From a virus (taxonomy: Duplodnaviria; Caudoviricetes), in the IMG/VR virus record IMGVR_UViG_3300009509_000021, positions 1-63,214 of that record: 63,214 nucleotides of DNA. The stretch is one strand, 5' to 3'. The notes under the pieces are model-generated. The model had not been told where the DNA came from. It worked only from the letters and a program-made list of their open reading frames with translations, and did not search any database. How positions within the stretch are numbered: position 1 is the stretch's first letter; each line of letters begins with the position of its first letter. The position numbers and the translations under genes were made by a program. Of this stretch, positions 35,807-47,500 are shown one piece after another.

Positions 35807-37570
35807 ATGGCGAACACAATTAGGATCGCGAGATCCGCTTCGACAAACACTCCGAGCTCTCTGGCTCAAGGTGAGTTGGCGAACTCCGAAGTGGGTTCGC
35901 CTAATGGTATTAACGAATTATTCGTTGGCACCACTGGCCCAACAGTATTCAAGCTGATTCGTAACAGCAATGGGGCACCTGCCGAACCAACTGCTGGACT
36001 GGCTGGCGCTACGCCAGTCACTTCTGACTATATGGTGTTTGAAGATGTCACTGACAGCACCGGTAAGCGCGTACTGTTCAGTGCCACACCGCTCAGTATC
36101 TTTAATGACGACCTGACTTATGTTGGTTCGTTTACAGCTGGTGTCGGCCTCATCAATAATGGCACGGCTTCTGCACCTGACGTCGCTTTGGATTTCTCTG
36201 AGCTAACCGACATGACCGGTGCCATCAGTGGCACCACGGAGTTTATTCTCCAAGATGGAGCAACTGAAAGTCGCAAGGCCGCAAGTGAGATCGATCTCAG
36301 TAACTTCTTGAACACCACACTGGTTGAAACCATCACGGCTGGCACCGGTCTGGTTGGCTCTGGCACGACCACGGTCACGCTTGATCTGGACTTTTCAGAG
36401 CTAACGGATATGACCGGAGCTATCTCCGGTACAACTGAGTTCATCCTGCAAGACGGCGCAACCGAAAGCAGAAAGGCTGCTTCCGAGATTGATCTGAGTG
36501 CCATGAATAATGACATTCAGAACATCATGGGTACATATGCGTTTGACGCAACCACTACAGCAGGTGACCCCGGTGCCGGAGCGATCCGTTTCAACAACGC
36601 AACCCCGGCTAGTGTCACGAACTTGTACATCGATGATCTTGAAGACAACGGCAATGACTGGGGATGGATCCTTAGCAACCTCGCCTCGAACGACATCCTT
36701 GTCATTAAGAGCCATGTGGATGCGGCTGACTACTTGATCGTACAGGTCAACTCGGGTCCGACTGATAACACGGGCTACTGGACAGTCCCTGTCACAGTAC
36801 TGTTTTCTGGGGCGTTACCTACAGCAACTGATCTACTCAATATTGAAGTGCAGTGGTTCAGTCAGGGTACAGCAGGTACGGTGACCTCGGTCACGGCTGG
36901 CACGGGTCTGGTCAACAGCGGCTCTGCCTCGGCAGTTGTGCTGGACTTCGACTTCAGTGAACTCACAGATATGACTGGATCGATCAGCGGCACGACTGAG
37001 TTCATCCTTCAGGATGGCACTACGGAAAGTCGAAAGGCTGCGAGTGAGATTCAGCTTCAGTTTTTCGACAACTCGATAGCTGAGTTCGTCAGCGAGAACG
37101 ACACGCTGGTGGTTGCCGACTGGAACTGGGTGTTGGATGAAGACACGCTGGTATCCAACTCGGATGTCCATGTGCCGACCCAGCAGTCCGTCAAGGCATA
37201 CGTTGACTCGGCAGTATCGTCGGCACTGACCTATCAGGGTGGCTACAACGCGGCGACCGATACCCCGGCTCTGGACACGGGTAGCCCAACGATCTCGGTC
37301 GGTGATACCTACGTGGTCACGGCAGCTGGCAACTTCTTCACGGAAGCCGTCGAAATCGGTGACATGCTGATCTCGGTGGTCGATTCGTCGGATGCTGCGG
37401 CGCTGTCTGACTGGACCATTGTGCAAACCAACATCGGGGCTGCATCTGAGACATCACCGGGTTACATCGAGATCGCAACGCAGGCAGAAGTTGACGGTGC
37501 TTCAGACACTACCCGAGCTGTTGTATCGGCATATCTGCATAACACAACGTTTGATGGTGGCACCTTCTAA
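35807..37570 (+). CDS. Tail fibre protein with three internal repeats
   Basis: MANTIRIARS..LAQGELA; 3x DFSELTDMTGxISGTTEFILQDGxTESRKAASEI; VPTQQSVKAYVD; ends DGGTF. Confidence 0.78.
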   Translation: MANTIRIARSASTNTPSSLAQGELANSEVGSPNGINELFVGTTGPTVFKLIRNSNGAPAEPTAGLAGATPVTSDYMVFEDVTDSTGKRVLFSATPLSIFNDDLTYVGSFTAGVGLINNGTASAPDVALDFSELTDMTGAISGTTEFILQDGATESRKAASEIDLSNFLNTTLVETITAGTGLVGSGTTTVTLDLDFSELTDMTGAISGTTEFILQDGATESRKAASEIDLSAMNNDIQNIMGTYAFDATTTAGDPGAGAIRFNNATPASVTNLYIDDLEDNGNDWGWILSNLASNDILVIKSHVDAADYLIVQVNSGPTDNTGYWTVPVTVLFSGALPTATDLLNIEVQWFSQGTAGTVTSVTAGTGLVNSGSASAVVLDFDFSELTDMTGSISGTTEFILQDGTTESRKAASEIQLQFFDNSIAEFVSENDTLVVADWNWVLDEDTLVSNSDVHVPTQQSVKAYVDSAVSSALTYQGGYNAATDTPALDTGSPTISVGDTYVVTAAGNFFTEAVEIGDMLISVVDSSDAAALSDWTIVQTNIGAASETSPGYIEIATQAEVDGASDTTRAVVSAYLHNTTFDGGTF

Positions 37571-37579
37571 GGGAAGTAC

Positions 37580-40360
37580 GTGGCCAACACTATTCAAATA
37601 AAAAGAAGCTCCACTGCGAGTAATGTCCCTACAGCTGGTGAATTAGCTGAGGGCGAACTTGCGATCAACACCAATCCTGCTGACCGTGCCCTCTACTCGA
37701 AAGACTCAGGGGGTACGGTTTTTCAGATTGGTGCTGGCACCATCGGTGGCACGATCTCTGACAATCAGGTTGCTGTTGGTGCTGCCGTTGGCAACACCAT
37801 TGAGGGCAGTGCGAACCTGACGTGGGATGGCAGTCAGTTCCTGCTGCCTTTAGAGAACGACGCTGTTACGCCGACGCTGGCTTTTGGCGATGGTGACAGC
37901 GGCTTCTATGAGCTGTCGGATGACACGATCCGCATGGCTATTGCTGGTGTGGCAGAATACCAATTTTCTTCATCCTATATCACTGGTGCTAGCAGCGCAT
38001 CGTTTCATTGCGACAATGGTACTGCATCCCGCACCGTTGCGACGATAGGCCCAAGGCGCGGCAACTCAGGCTTTGGTGCGCAGGACACCACCGAAATGTC
38101 GATCATCCTGTCTGGCACAGAGATGATCCGATTCATCGATAATGGCACCTACAACGCCATCCTGCCGCAGTTCGGATTGTTTATTGCAGAAAGAGCAGCT
38201 GCCGATGTTGACATTGCTGCTTATGGTCAAATCTGGGTTGAAAACGACGCTCCCAACAGAGTGAAATTCACGGACGATGCTGGCGCAGACTGGCCACTAC
38301 AGTCAGTCCATGAGGCTGAGTACGCCTATAGCTCGACCGTGACAGCCGGTGACCCGGGTGCATATACGTTGCGTTTTGACAGCGTCACCATTGGTTCGAT
38401 CGCCAACATGTACATCGATGACCTGTCCCGATCCGAAGACTGGGACTGGGTGTTGTCGAATCTTGCTGATGGAGACCTCATCAGCATTAAGTCTGCTCTC
38501 GATCCTGCCGACTACATCATAGCTACAGTCAACGGCACACCGACCGATGGCACTGGCTACTGGACCGTACCGCTGACACTGGTCCATACGGGAACGATCT
38601 TTACCAATGGTGATCCCCTGCGCGTTTCGATCCAATGGTTCTCGCAGGCGGGGGGAGGCGGCACTATCGGTGGCTCGATCACTGACAACCAGATTGCGAT
38701 CGGTGCATCCACTTCCAATAGTATCGAGGGTAGCGCAAACTTTACGTTTGACGTGTCAACAGGAACAATAGCTCTTTACGATAGTCTTGGAACGTCACTT
38801 TCCGACATACAGCGAACTGCCACGACGCTTGAGTTTGATCTCGACGTTGCCACCGATGACTACATCTTCCGCACTGCCGGTGCATCACGGATGCAGATTC
38901 TCGGCAACTCGACCATTGAGTTGCAGCTCAACACGAATGTTTCAGGAACGCTGGCGGCAACCACGGTCACGGGAGCGAATGTCACCAGCGGTGTTGATCC
39001 GGGCCACACACATACTGCTTATCAAGCTGCTGGCTCATACCTATCCAATGTTGTAGAGGATACGACTCCGCAACTTGGCGGCGTCCTCGATATGCAGACG
39101 TACAGAATCACTGGTAACAACGGTGGTTCAACCGGAGCAAGTACAGCGACACTACAAGCCTCTGGTGTCGGCACTACAATTAACGCTGGTACGTATGCGA
39201 GCTTTTATCGTACGTATTCCGCTGGTGCAACCGGTATCGGTAACAATGTCTACGTAGATTCAGACGATATTGTCGCTGGACAAGTACGATACGCGGCAAC
39301 TCATGCCTCACTTGGCCATACAGCTTATGAGTTGTCCGGTGGTAATCACTACTGGTACGGAGATAGCGCCAGCGTAACAGCCGATGCAATCGTCACTAAG
39401 AAAGAGCTGATGAGATTAAGCCATAGTGGTAGTGGTCTTACAGTTTATGACGACGCTGGGGCTGACTCGTTGACTTTTTCCGCGTCAACCACTGACGGCA
39501 AGATAACATCTACACAGCATGTTTGGATGAGTCCAGCAGCAGGGCACTCTATTTACGGTTACACGAGCGGGCAAACTGTAGCGATAGGAGTGTATGACGG
39601 CTCTGGCGTTGACTCATTCTTTATGAAGGATGATGGCTCTATTGCGTACTTGGAAGCGAATAACAATAATATTTATCTACGGACGAACGCGACAAACGTC
39701 GCGTGGGCGAATACAAACGGTGACTTTTACGCTGGTGCCAACCTCATACTGAATACCAATAACACAGGTATTTATGGTCGTGACTCTGGTGGAACGGTTC
39801 GCAAGGTATTTTCCGTAACCAATATTGATGACATTCAAATAGGTGATGTCAACCTATCTGAGATTGTTTTTTACAACCAGCTCAAGTTGCAGGAGAAGAC
39901 CGCAGCAAGCGCAGACAGCTCAGCCTTCGGTCAGATCTGGGTCAAAGACGACGCGCCTAACACGCTCTGGTTCACGGATGACACCGGAGTTGATTACCCT
40001 GTTGGAACTGGCGCGTACAAGCTGAAGGGCAACGCATCGTTCAACATGACAACTGCGTCTGTTGCCGAGCAGATGGTCAACGCCATCTGGTATAAGACCA
40101 ACACCACGGCCTACACGCTGACACTAGAGACGTCGAGTACGACCAACTTCCCGGCTGGCGCACAACTGACGATCGTCAATGCAGGCTCCTCGGGTAATCT
40201 GACCATAACTGACCAGACAACCAACACCTGTTATGTATTGGATGGATCGTCCAAGACGGACATCGCGGGAACTGCAACCATCGCCCCCGGTGGCTACGCG
40301 ACGTTGATTCGTATTAGCACTACGGAAACGTGGTTGATGGGGTCAGGAATCACGGCATGA
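37580..40360 (+). CDS. Long tail fibre / receptor-binding protein
   Basis: Mtd-N-like MANTIQIKRS..LAEGELAINT; VVEDTTPQLGG.LD; internal duplications. Confidence 0.78.
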   Translation: MANTIQIKRSSTASNVPTAGELAEGELAINTNPADRALYSKDSGGTVFQIGAGTIGGTISDNQVAVGAAVGNTIEGSANLTWDGSQFLLPLENDAVTPTLAFGDGDSGFYELSDDTIRMAIAGVAEYQFSSSYITGASSASFHCDNGTASRTVATIGPRRGNSGFGAQDTTEMSIILSGTEMIRFIDNGTYNAILPQFGLFIAERAAADVDIAAYGQIWVENDAPNRVKFTDDAGADWPLQSVHEAEYAYSSTVTAGDPGAYTLRFDSVTIGSIANMYIDDLSRSEDWDWVLSNLADGDLISIKSALDPADYIIATVNGTPTDGTGYWTVPLTLVHTGTIFTNGDPLRVSIQWFSQAGGGGTIGGSITDNQIAIGASTSNSIEGSANFTFDVSTGTIALYDSLGTSLSDIQRTATTLEFDLDVATDDYIFRTAGASRMQILGNSTIELQLNTNVSGTLAATTVTGANVTSGVDPGHTHTAYQAAGSYLSNVVEDTTPQLGGVLDMQTYRITGNNGGSTGASTATLQASGVGTTINAGTYASFYRTYSAGATGIGNNVYVDSDDIVAGQVRYAATHASLGHTAYELSGGNHYWYGDSASVTADAIVTKKELMRLSHSGSGLTVYDDAGADSLTFSASTTDGKITSTQHVWMSPAAGHSIYGYTSGQTVAIGVYDGSGVDSFFMKDDGSIAYLEANNNNIYLRTNATNVAWANTNGDFYAGANLILNTNNTGIYGRDSGGTVRKVFSVTNIDDIQIGDVNLSEIVFYNQLKLQEKTAASADSSAFGQIWVKDDAPNTLWFTDDTGVDYPVGTGAYKLKGNASFNMTTASVAEQMVNAIWYKTNTTAYTLTLETSSTTNFPAGAQLTIVNAGSSGNLTITDQTTNTCYVLDGSSKTDIAGTATIAPGGYATLIRISTTETWLMGSGITA

Positions 40361-40896
40361 TTTTTGTACCCAAAAAGAATATCTGGACACCCCCGAGAAA
40401 CTGGGGGATGCCTAAGTACCAGAAGGGAGTATTGCATCCCGCTGGATTTTGGGCCGCCGCTGGATCGTCTGATGTCGTCACTCTTTCTGGCGAGTTTGTT
40501 AACGTCCAGCCTAACTGGGAAGATGTTGCTGGTATCTATGTGTACGGCACTGGCACCTACGTAGGTAAAATACGCAAACGTGAAGGGACTACGTATACGG
40601 TCATTGATGGTACTACCGATTGGGTCATCCCCAATTCTTCTGGATCGGATACAAACTATGACATCAAGTGCACCATTACAGCAGATGTTGGCGGCTCCTC
40701 TGGATTCACTATCAACTCTGGTACTGGGACATGGCTACAGCTGGGCGGGTTTACCAGATCGTGGGGCGTCCAAGCTGACGGTCCATATGGTGCTGACAGC
40801 CGTGATATTACATTTACGCTAGAAATTTCTGATGACGGTGGCAGTACCACACTCGACTCTGCCTCATACCAAGTCAGATCAGCAGGAGACGTTTGA
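40357..40896 (+). CDS. Fibre-associated protein
   Basis: ATGA coupling; paralogous to next gene (VTL.G..VNV, TDWVIP, YGADS). Confidence 0.6.
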   Translation: MIFVPKKNIWTPPRNWGMPKYQKGVLHPAGFWAAAGSSDVVTLSGEFVNVQPNWEDVAGIYVYGTGTYVGKIRKREGTTYTVIDGTTDWVIPNSSGSDTNYDIKCTITADVGGSSGFTINSGTGTWLQLGGFTRSWGVQADGPYGADSRDITFTLEISDDGGSTTLDSASYQVRSAGDV

Positions 40897-41342
40897 TGAG
40901 TTTGTTCGGGGCACCGCCGTTTTTTGATGGGGGACCAAGTGGTGATGTGACCCTGACTGGGTTCTCTGTCAATGTGTTGTGGACTCAGTATGCTGGCATT
41001 ACTGTCGGCTCCAATGGGTACATCTACAAGATTGATGACACGGGCACCAATCTGGTCAATACCAGCACGGACTGGGTTATCCCGCACGGAGATAATGACG
41101 GACTGTACGAGGTCCGGGTAACTAATGTTGTTGACACAGGAGGTGTCGGCGGGGACTGGGACACCAAGCCCACAACGGACGATACGTGGATAGCGATATC
41201 GTCCAACCGTACATGGCAAGTCAAGGGAGTGGCTGAGTATGGGGCAGACTCCATGGGCAGGGATTTTGACATGGAGATTAGATATGATGGAGGGCCGGTC
41301 TTGGCGACCGCTTCATTTAGTCTATTTTCAGGAGGCTCATAG
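40896..41342 (+). CDS. Fibre-associated protein
   Basis: Paralogue of previous gene. Confidence 0.6.
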   Translation: MSLFGAPPFFDGGPSGDVTLTGFSVNVLWTQYAGITVGSNGYIYKIDDTGTNLVNTSTDWVIPHGDNDGLYEVRVTNVVDTGGVGGDWDTKPTTDDTWIAISSNRTWQVKGVAEYGADSMGRDFDMEIRYDGGPVLATASFSLFSGGS

Positions 41343-41587
41343 TGGCTCAGATACTTAACGAACAATACAACGCTGTACTTGGCAAAAGTCTTCAGGTTCT
41401 CAGCGATGGCAGGGTACTTATCCCCGCTGATGGCAACGACGCTATTGCAGATTTGAAAAACCTTTTGCGGCTGTTGATGAGTATGCAGGTTTTGCTGATT
41501 GAAAAACCGCAAGAGGACCAGCAGAGACCGGAAGGCCCCAAGGCCGTACCAAACAATGGGAAGAAAAAGGCAAGTGCTTCCGAATAG
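41342..41587 (+). CDS. Hypothetical protein
   Basis: GTG start after AGGAGG. Confidence 0.55.
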   Translation: MAQILNEQYNAVLGKSLQVLSDGRVLIPADGNDAIADLKNLLRLLMSMQVLLIEKPQEDQQRPEGPKAVPNNGKKKASASE

Positions 41588-42035
41588 TACCGACATTGAC
41601 ATCCTTGGACCGTGGGCATGGGCCCAGATCGGTCAGGGAATGTGGTATCCGGAAGGAAAGTCGGGGATGGGGTACATCCATCCCCTGACCAAGAAGCCCA
41701 CGTGGGCGGTCATCTTTGATGACTACGAGGAGTTCGGGAGTATCAAGATGCACGTGGCATTGACTACTCCCAAGTGCGTGACAAGACGAGCAATTCAGGC
41801 AGTTTTCGAGTATCCTTTTTCTCAACTTGGTGTGAAGAAGGTACTGGCCACTGTCAACAGTGAAAATCACGCTGCCCTTTCATTTGATCTCAGGCTCGGC
41901 TTCAAGGTAGAGGCCGTGATTAAAGATGCGTATGAAAGGGGTGATATGTACATACTTTCTATGACACCTGAGCAGTGTCGCTGGATACGAGGAAAGACAC
42001 ATGGGAAGTGCGAAGAAAGCTCCGCCGCCGCCTGA
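41574..42035 (+). CDS. GNAT-fold protein preceding the ejection genes
   Basis: FEYPFSQLGVKKV...N.AAL....RLGFKVE. Confidence 0.75.
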   Translation: MLPNSTDIDILGPWAWAQIGQGMWYPEGKSGMGYIHPLTKKPTWAVIFDDYEEFGSIKMHVALTTPKCVTRRAIQAVFEYPFSQLGVKKVLATVNSENHAALSFDLRLGFKVEAVIKDAYERGDMYILSMTPEQCRWIRGKTHGKCEESSAAA

Positions 42036-43092
42036 TACCAGCAAGTACTCAGACGCGGCATACGCGCAAGGACAGCAGTCCAGCGAATGGGCCAAGACGA
42101 TGTGGGACATGGGCCAGCAAGAGTGGGGCCGCCTGCAGCAGTGGGGTCAGGACATTATTGGCAAGGCCTTCCCAGCAATGGAGGACATGTACGACTGGGC
42201 TAGGCAGCAGAAGGATAACTACGAGCAGTATGCTATCCCCGCCATGCAGAGCCTGTTTTCCGAGGCAGAGCTGTATGCCTCGAAAGAGGAGGAGTCCCGC
42301 CAGAGAGCCTCTGCCGTACAGGATGTCAAGTCTGCCACTGAAGCTCAGCGGCAGGCCAACCTTCGCAAACTTGAGAGCTACGGTGTAGACCCCTCAGAGG
42401 GTCGGTATCAGGCGCTCGATAAGCAGGCTGGGGTAGCCGAGGCCGCCATGAGTGCTCTCGCTGCCAACCAAGCTGGTGAGCGTACCAAGCAGATTGGCCG
42501 TGACTTGAGAGAAAAGGCCATCGGCGTGGGTCAGACCATGGCTCAGAACTACCTGAATGCCAGCCAGCTCGCTGGCAACACCGGCACAGCGGCTATTGGT
42601 GCGGCCACAGGAGCCAACGTAGCAGGCTCTCAGATGGCGCAGGGCGCGTTGCCGTATATCCAAGGGGCATACGGAGGGTACGACCTCGGTGCAGGCATCG
42701 TGGACACCTCGTATGGCCGTACGCTCGATCAGATCGAGCAGAACAATGCCGCTTCCCAGCAGAATTTCAACCAGATGATGGAGGTCGGCAAGGGCATCGG
42801 TGGCATGATCCCCGGTCTCCCCAAGGCCGCTGAAGGTGGCCCGATCTCAGCTCCCGGAGGCCCCACCGCAGATCGTGGAGCGATCACCATCAGTGACGGC
42901 GAGTACGTGATCCCGGCTGATGTTGTCAGGAAGTTGGGGACAAACCACTTCGACAAGATGATTGAGAAAGAGACTGGACGGCCACCTCCTGCCACTAAGC
43001 AGGCAGTACCAGTTGATCCTAATGCCTCACCGCCACAGGCTGCGGGGATGGCACCACAAGGCTACGCCTCCCAAGCAGGAGTACTTCGATGA
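42001..43092 (+). CDS. DNA ejection/internal virion protein
   Basis: MGSAKKAPPPPD, Q/A-rich helices, AEGG...DGEYVIPADVV motif. Confidence 0.65.
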   Translation: MGSAKKAPPPPDTSKYSDAAYAQGQQSSEWAKTMWDMGQQEWGRLQQWGQDIIGKAFPAMEDMYDWARQQKDNYEQYAIPAMQSLFSEAELYASKEEESRQRASAVQDVKSATEAQRQANLRKLESYGVDPSEGRYQALDKQAGVAEAAMSALAANQAGERTKQIGRDLREKAIGVGQTMAQNYLNASQLAGNTGTAAIGAATGANVAGSQMAQGALPYIQGAYGGYDLGAGIVDTSYGRTLDQIEQNNAASQQNFNQMMEVGKGIGGMIPGLPKAAEGGPISAPGGPTADRGAITISDGEYVIPADVVRKLGTNHFDKMIEKETGRPPPATKQAVPVDPNASPPQAAGMAPQGYASQAGVLR

Positions 43093-44531
43093 TTGGTGGA
43101 GTTTTAGGCGCAATCGCCGGGGGCACACAGGGTTATAGCGAAGGTCGGGTACGTGAGGAGGAGCTTGCTACCTCCCGGTCCCAGCGCAGAATCAACGAGG
43201 CAGTTGAAGGGCGCAATGCCGATAGGCATAAATGGGTTCAGGATATGGCACGAGACTTTGAACTACGTGGCATGATTGAAGACCCCGCTCAGTTCCAGCA
43301 GTGGCAGCGGTTCTTCTCAGGCGCTGGACCTGTAGCTGCGCAGCCTATCGCTGCCCCTACCCCAGTGCAGGCAGTGCTTCCGGGCCTTCAGACCATCCAG
43401 AATATGCCTCAGCAACTGCCGAAGTTCGCCATGGGCGGGCAGGCTGTCGTACCTGAGGAGGAGCAGCAGGCACTGCCAGCTCAGCCAGCTCCGCAGCAGG
43501 CACCGGCTCCACAGCAGGCACCGGCTCCGCAGCAGGCACCTATGCCTAAGACCACTCGCCGGGATAGATACAACGAGTGGTACAACCGTGCCGCCCGTAA
43601 CGCCGTCTTGAACGGCGGGCTTGAGGGCTACCAGAAGTTTCAGGAGATGGAGAATGCAACGTCGCGTCGTCAAGTTCTTGGGTACGCACTTCAAGCAGTC
43701 CGTGCTATGGACGAAGGCAACGTCGGGGAAGCTATGCGGGCAGGTAATGCTGCGCTTGAGGTCACGCCCTTCGATACAGGGCTGAAGTTCGAGGCACAGA
43801 ACGGCAAGCTCTACATGGTAGGGCAGGATGGCCAAGCAGGTAAGCCCCTCGATGCCAATATGCTCCGGGCCTTCACGGAAGATCACATGAAGACGCCTGA
43901 GAACTATCTGGACTGGAAATCACAGTACGAAGAAGAACGTTCCAACATGGCCACTGAAGGTATCCGCAGGACAGAGGCCGAGACATCTCGCAGGCAGGCA
44001 GATCAGTGGGTTAAGGAAGGTCCGGGCCGTGACTTGCTCCGCAAAGCTCAAGCCTACAACGCTTTGGCTAGTGGCGAGGCAGCTCTTACGAGGGCAGACG
44101 ATGCCGGAGAAGAAGGAGGGCTCGCTTGGAATGAAAACAACATCCTCAAGATCGAAGAAATGGAACAGACTGCTATGGATGGTGGCCTTGGGTTTGGGGG
44201 TGAATGGATGGGTGAAGGCGCTCGCAACACGCAGCTTCATAGCAATGCGATTGCGGCTGCTGTAGAAACAAGAGTCGCTAATCCGCCGAACGCTATGACG
44301 CATAACGACGCAGCAACGTTGGCACGCATGGCTTACTTCCCTGACTTGAAAGACGCGAAAGGTAATCCTGTGCCACCGCAGACAGGTATGCTTGATCTTC
44401 TTAATGAGACCAAGGTATTTACGGACGACAACGGTAACTACATGGTCAATTACAAAGGTAAGAACCTGCTAGTACCGCCGCATGTCGGATCAAAAATTCA
44501 TAGCAACAAGCGCAATGTACCGGCTGAGTAA
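43089..44531 (+). CDS. DNA ejection/internal virion protein
   Basis: Gly-rich amphipathic N-terminus, FAMGG, QQAPAP repeats. Confidence 0.6.
   Translation: MIGGVLGAIAGGTQGYSEGRVREEELATSRSQRRINEAVEGRNADRHKWVQDMARDFELRGMIEDPAQFQQWQRFFSGAGPVAAQPIAAPTPVQAVLPGLQTIQNMPQQLPKFAMGGQAVVPEEEQQALPAQPAPQQAPAPQQAPAPQQAPMPKTTRRDRYNEWYNRAARNAVLNGGLEGYQKFQEMENATSRRQVLGYALQAVRAMDEGNVGEAMRAGNAALEVTPFDTGLKFEAQNGKLYMVGQDGQAGKPLDANMLRAFTEDHMKTPENYLDWKSQYEEERSNMATEGIRRTEAETSRRQADQWVKEGPGRDLLRKAQAYNALASGEAALTRADDAGEEGGLAWNENNILKIEEMEQTAMDGGLGFGGEWMGEGARNTQLHSNAIAAAVETRVANPPNAMTHNDAATLARMAYFPDLKDAKGNPVPPQTGMLDLLNETKVFTDDNGNYMVNYKGKNLLVPPHVGSKIHSNKRNVPAE
43488..43540 (+). repeat. 18-nt tandem repeat x3 (APQQAP)
   Basis: GCTCC(G/A)CAGCAGGCACCG units. 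Confidence 0.85.
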
Positions 44532-44536
44532 TGTAG

Positions 44537-47500
44537 ATGGCATGGCGAGAGCTGACACAAGAAGACGAGGTAAAACAGACCCCGCCTGAGAGCAATCAAG
44601 GGTTCGCCCTGCCTGTTCCTCAGGATCCTGAATTTACTGACCTCAAAAAATCGCTCTTTGAGGAAGTCAAAGCTGGTATCCAAGGGGCTGAAGACCCGCG
44701 TTTCGCTCGGCTCCGCTTCGGCCCACGGGACAGGCAGGGCGGCGGTGGTGAGGGAGCGCTGCCTCCTGAAGAACCGACACAGTGGCGTCAGCTTGAAGAC
44801 CCACCGCCTGCACCAAAACCAAAAGAAGAAATGGGTGTCTGGGACCGTCTCGTTGATTGGACCAGTCGTAGCGTAATTGAACAGATGGCTGGCGGTGCCC
44901 GAGAGATGGGACAACGCTTTGCTTTCGAGTCAGCTACCGAGACCGGCAAGGAACTACAGCAAGTACGCGATCTTGAAGGCCAGCCTGAAGGACAAACTGG
45001 ATACTTCGGCCCTCGTAGTCTTGGCGATATGATGCGCCACCCCTTCAAGTACATGAACCCTGTTGACGCACTCGCCAAGATGGGGCTGTCGGCAACTGAA
45101 GAAGGGCGACAGGTACTCGAAGCCAAGCTGCTTGAGGAGATGCAGGGGAAGCTGGACAAGGCTAAAAAGTATGCTGAAGGCGCTGAGATGCGTCCCTTCT
45201 CCAAAGTTACACAACAGTTTTTGAATCCTGAGTCTGAAAATTCAGCTTGGGAAGACTTTATGGCCGACCCGGTGACCATTGTTGCCGAGCTGGGAACTCG
45301 GTCACTCCCCAATATGGCACCGGGTATGGCCCTCGGTGTGGCCGGTGGTACAGCTGCCGGTCTCCCCGGCTTCTCCGCAGGTATGGGTGCTGGTTCAGCT
45401 CGTGTTGAGTATGCAGCCACCATTATGGATGAACTGCAGAAGCAAAAGATTGATGTCTATAACGCCGAAGAACTTATGGGGGTTCTCGGTAATAGTGAAT
45501 TGATGGATGAAATCCATCAGAAAGCAGTCACTCGCTCTAAGAATATCGGCGGTGCTGACGCAGCAGCAGGTGCCCTTGGCGGAACAGTTCTCGTCAAGAA
45601 ACTGGGCGGCCCTGTCATTACGAAGCTGACAGAAGCAATTGCTCAGATGGGTACGCAGGGAACGCTCGGTGGTCTTGGTGAAGCCCTTGCTATGGAGGCT
45701 ACTGGTGAAGCAGATAGCCTCTGGGAAGCTGCACAAACTCGTGATGTTCTTGCTGAAGTTGCTGGTGAGGCTGTTACGGCTCCGATTGATGTGGCCGCTG
45801 CAACCATCTCAGGAGTACGTGAGCAGCGTGCTGGCAAGACCGTACCAATAGCAGAGACAGACATTGATCCTGATACTGGTAAGCCAGTCATCCGTAAAGA
45901 ACCAGAGGTCGAGGTCACGCCTGACGTACAGGCTGAGACCAGAGCCCCAGCATTTGAAACGCCCGAAGATGGTATGTCTGAAGCTGAACGTGCAGGTATT
46001 GAAGCTGCACTTGATGAGCAGGCGCAACCAGAACAAAGTACACTCGATCTTCCCCCGCAGGAAGGGCAACCGGCACCACCAACCCCTGAGCCTACGCAAG
46101 CGACGCCGACGCCTCCTGCGGGGGAGACTCAAACAGCTCCGGTAGAAGACCAAGTAATCACTGAAGAAGACTTGGTTAATGAGCCTTCGCTCCCGGATAT
46201 GAATGAGTCCACAGCAACTCCTGAGGATGTTGCTGCTATTACTCAGCGAGAAGAAGACCTTGCAGAGCCTGCTCCTGCTCCAGTAGAGGAAGCGCAGCCT
46301 GTAGAGAGCCCAATGATCGACAAGAAAGAAGTCGAGACTGGGTTCCGTGATCTCAATAAGCGTACTAAAAAAGGTATGCCGGGTATTCGTAGGGCTATCC
46401 GCGAGCTAGGCACTGCCATTCAAGCTGTTTTCCCTGACGCTAAGCTGCCCTCCTTGAAGGGGACGATTGGGCCAAAGCGTATAGCAGACTTTTTCGCCAC
46501 GCTGGACGAGCAGGTTGTCATTGATGATGTCCTGCCTAACCTCAAGGAGTATCTGCGTGCCGTACTGGAAAGTCCTGATGCAGCTACTGCTGTGCAGAAT
46601 TTCAACAGCCTCAAAGAATACGTACAGAATAGTGGTGTCGGTGTTGTATCGGAGGGTGCGAAGACTCCATACTTACAGCAGGCTACTAAGGGCATAACCG
46701 CCTACGATACCTATGAAGCTGAGCGAACTTCTAAAAAACAGAAATACAAAACTGTCGATAAGAACAAGAAGTCTCCGACCTACGGTAAGGTGGTTGAAAG
46801 AGAGCGACTCACAGGTCCAAAGAATCGACTGGCTAACCGTGCAGTGGCAGTTGATGAACTTGCTACGACGGTTACGTCGCTTACTGAAAGAGCTACGGAA
46901 CTTGGCATTAGCGTCCCTGCTGAGGTTAACGAGACAGTACGTAGGGCCCGCTCTTACCGTGAGAGCTCTCAGATCGCAAAACCCAGAACTCTTAAAGGCG
47001 GGGCAGGATCGACTGTCACGCCTCAAAAGTTTAGCGCAAAGAATCTCAACGAAGTCGGCGGGAAATTACGGGCAGCGGCCCAAACTCTAGTCGAACAAAT
47101 CGCTGCAGCAGAGGCTGAAGCCCCGAAAAAGCCTAAGGTAGAGGCTAAGGTCGAGGCGAAAAAGCCCGTTACAGAGGCTCCTGCGAAGCCGAAAAAAGCT
47201 GAAGCAGCCAAAAAGACCTCAAAAGCCAAGGCTGAGAAGAAGGCAGCTCCTGAGAAGCCCGCTGCCAAGAAGGAGCAAGCTCCTGCGCTGAAGGCTTACA
47301 ACGAGCTACGTCAGCGTGCTAAAGAACTTGGTGTCAAGTCTACTGGCAAGAAGGAGGAGCTCGCTGCCCGCGTTGCTGAAGCAGAACAAGCCCGTGGTGA
47401 GGTAAAAGTTGAGAAACAAGTCAAGGTCACCAAGAAGGGTAAGCCCAAGAAGGTTGAGACTGTCAAGGCTGCTCCGGATCCTGAAGCAGTCATCGAGGTT

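Noticed and set aside
35807-41342. Diversity-generating retroelement acting on the Mtd-like fibres
   Set aside because: No reverse transcriptase, and repeat differences are synonymous rather than adenine-specific.
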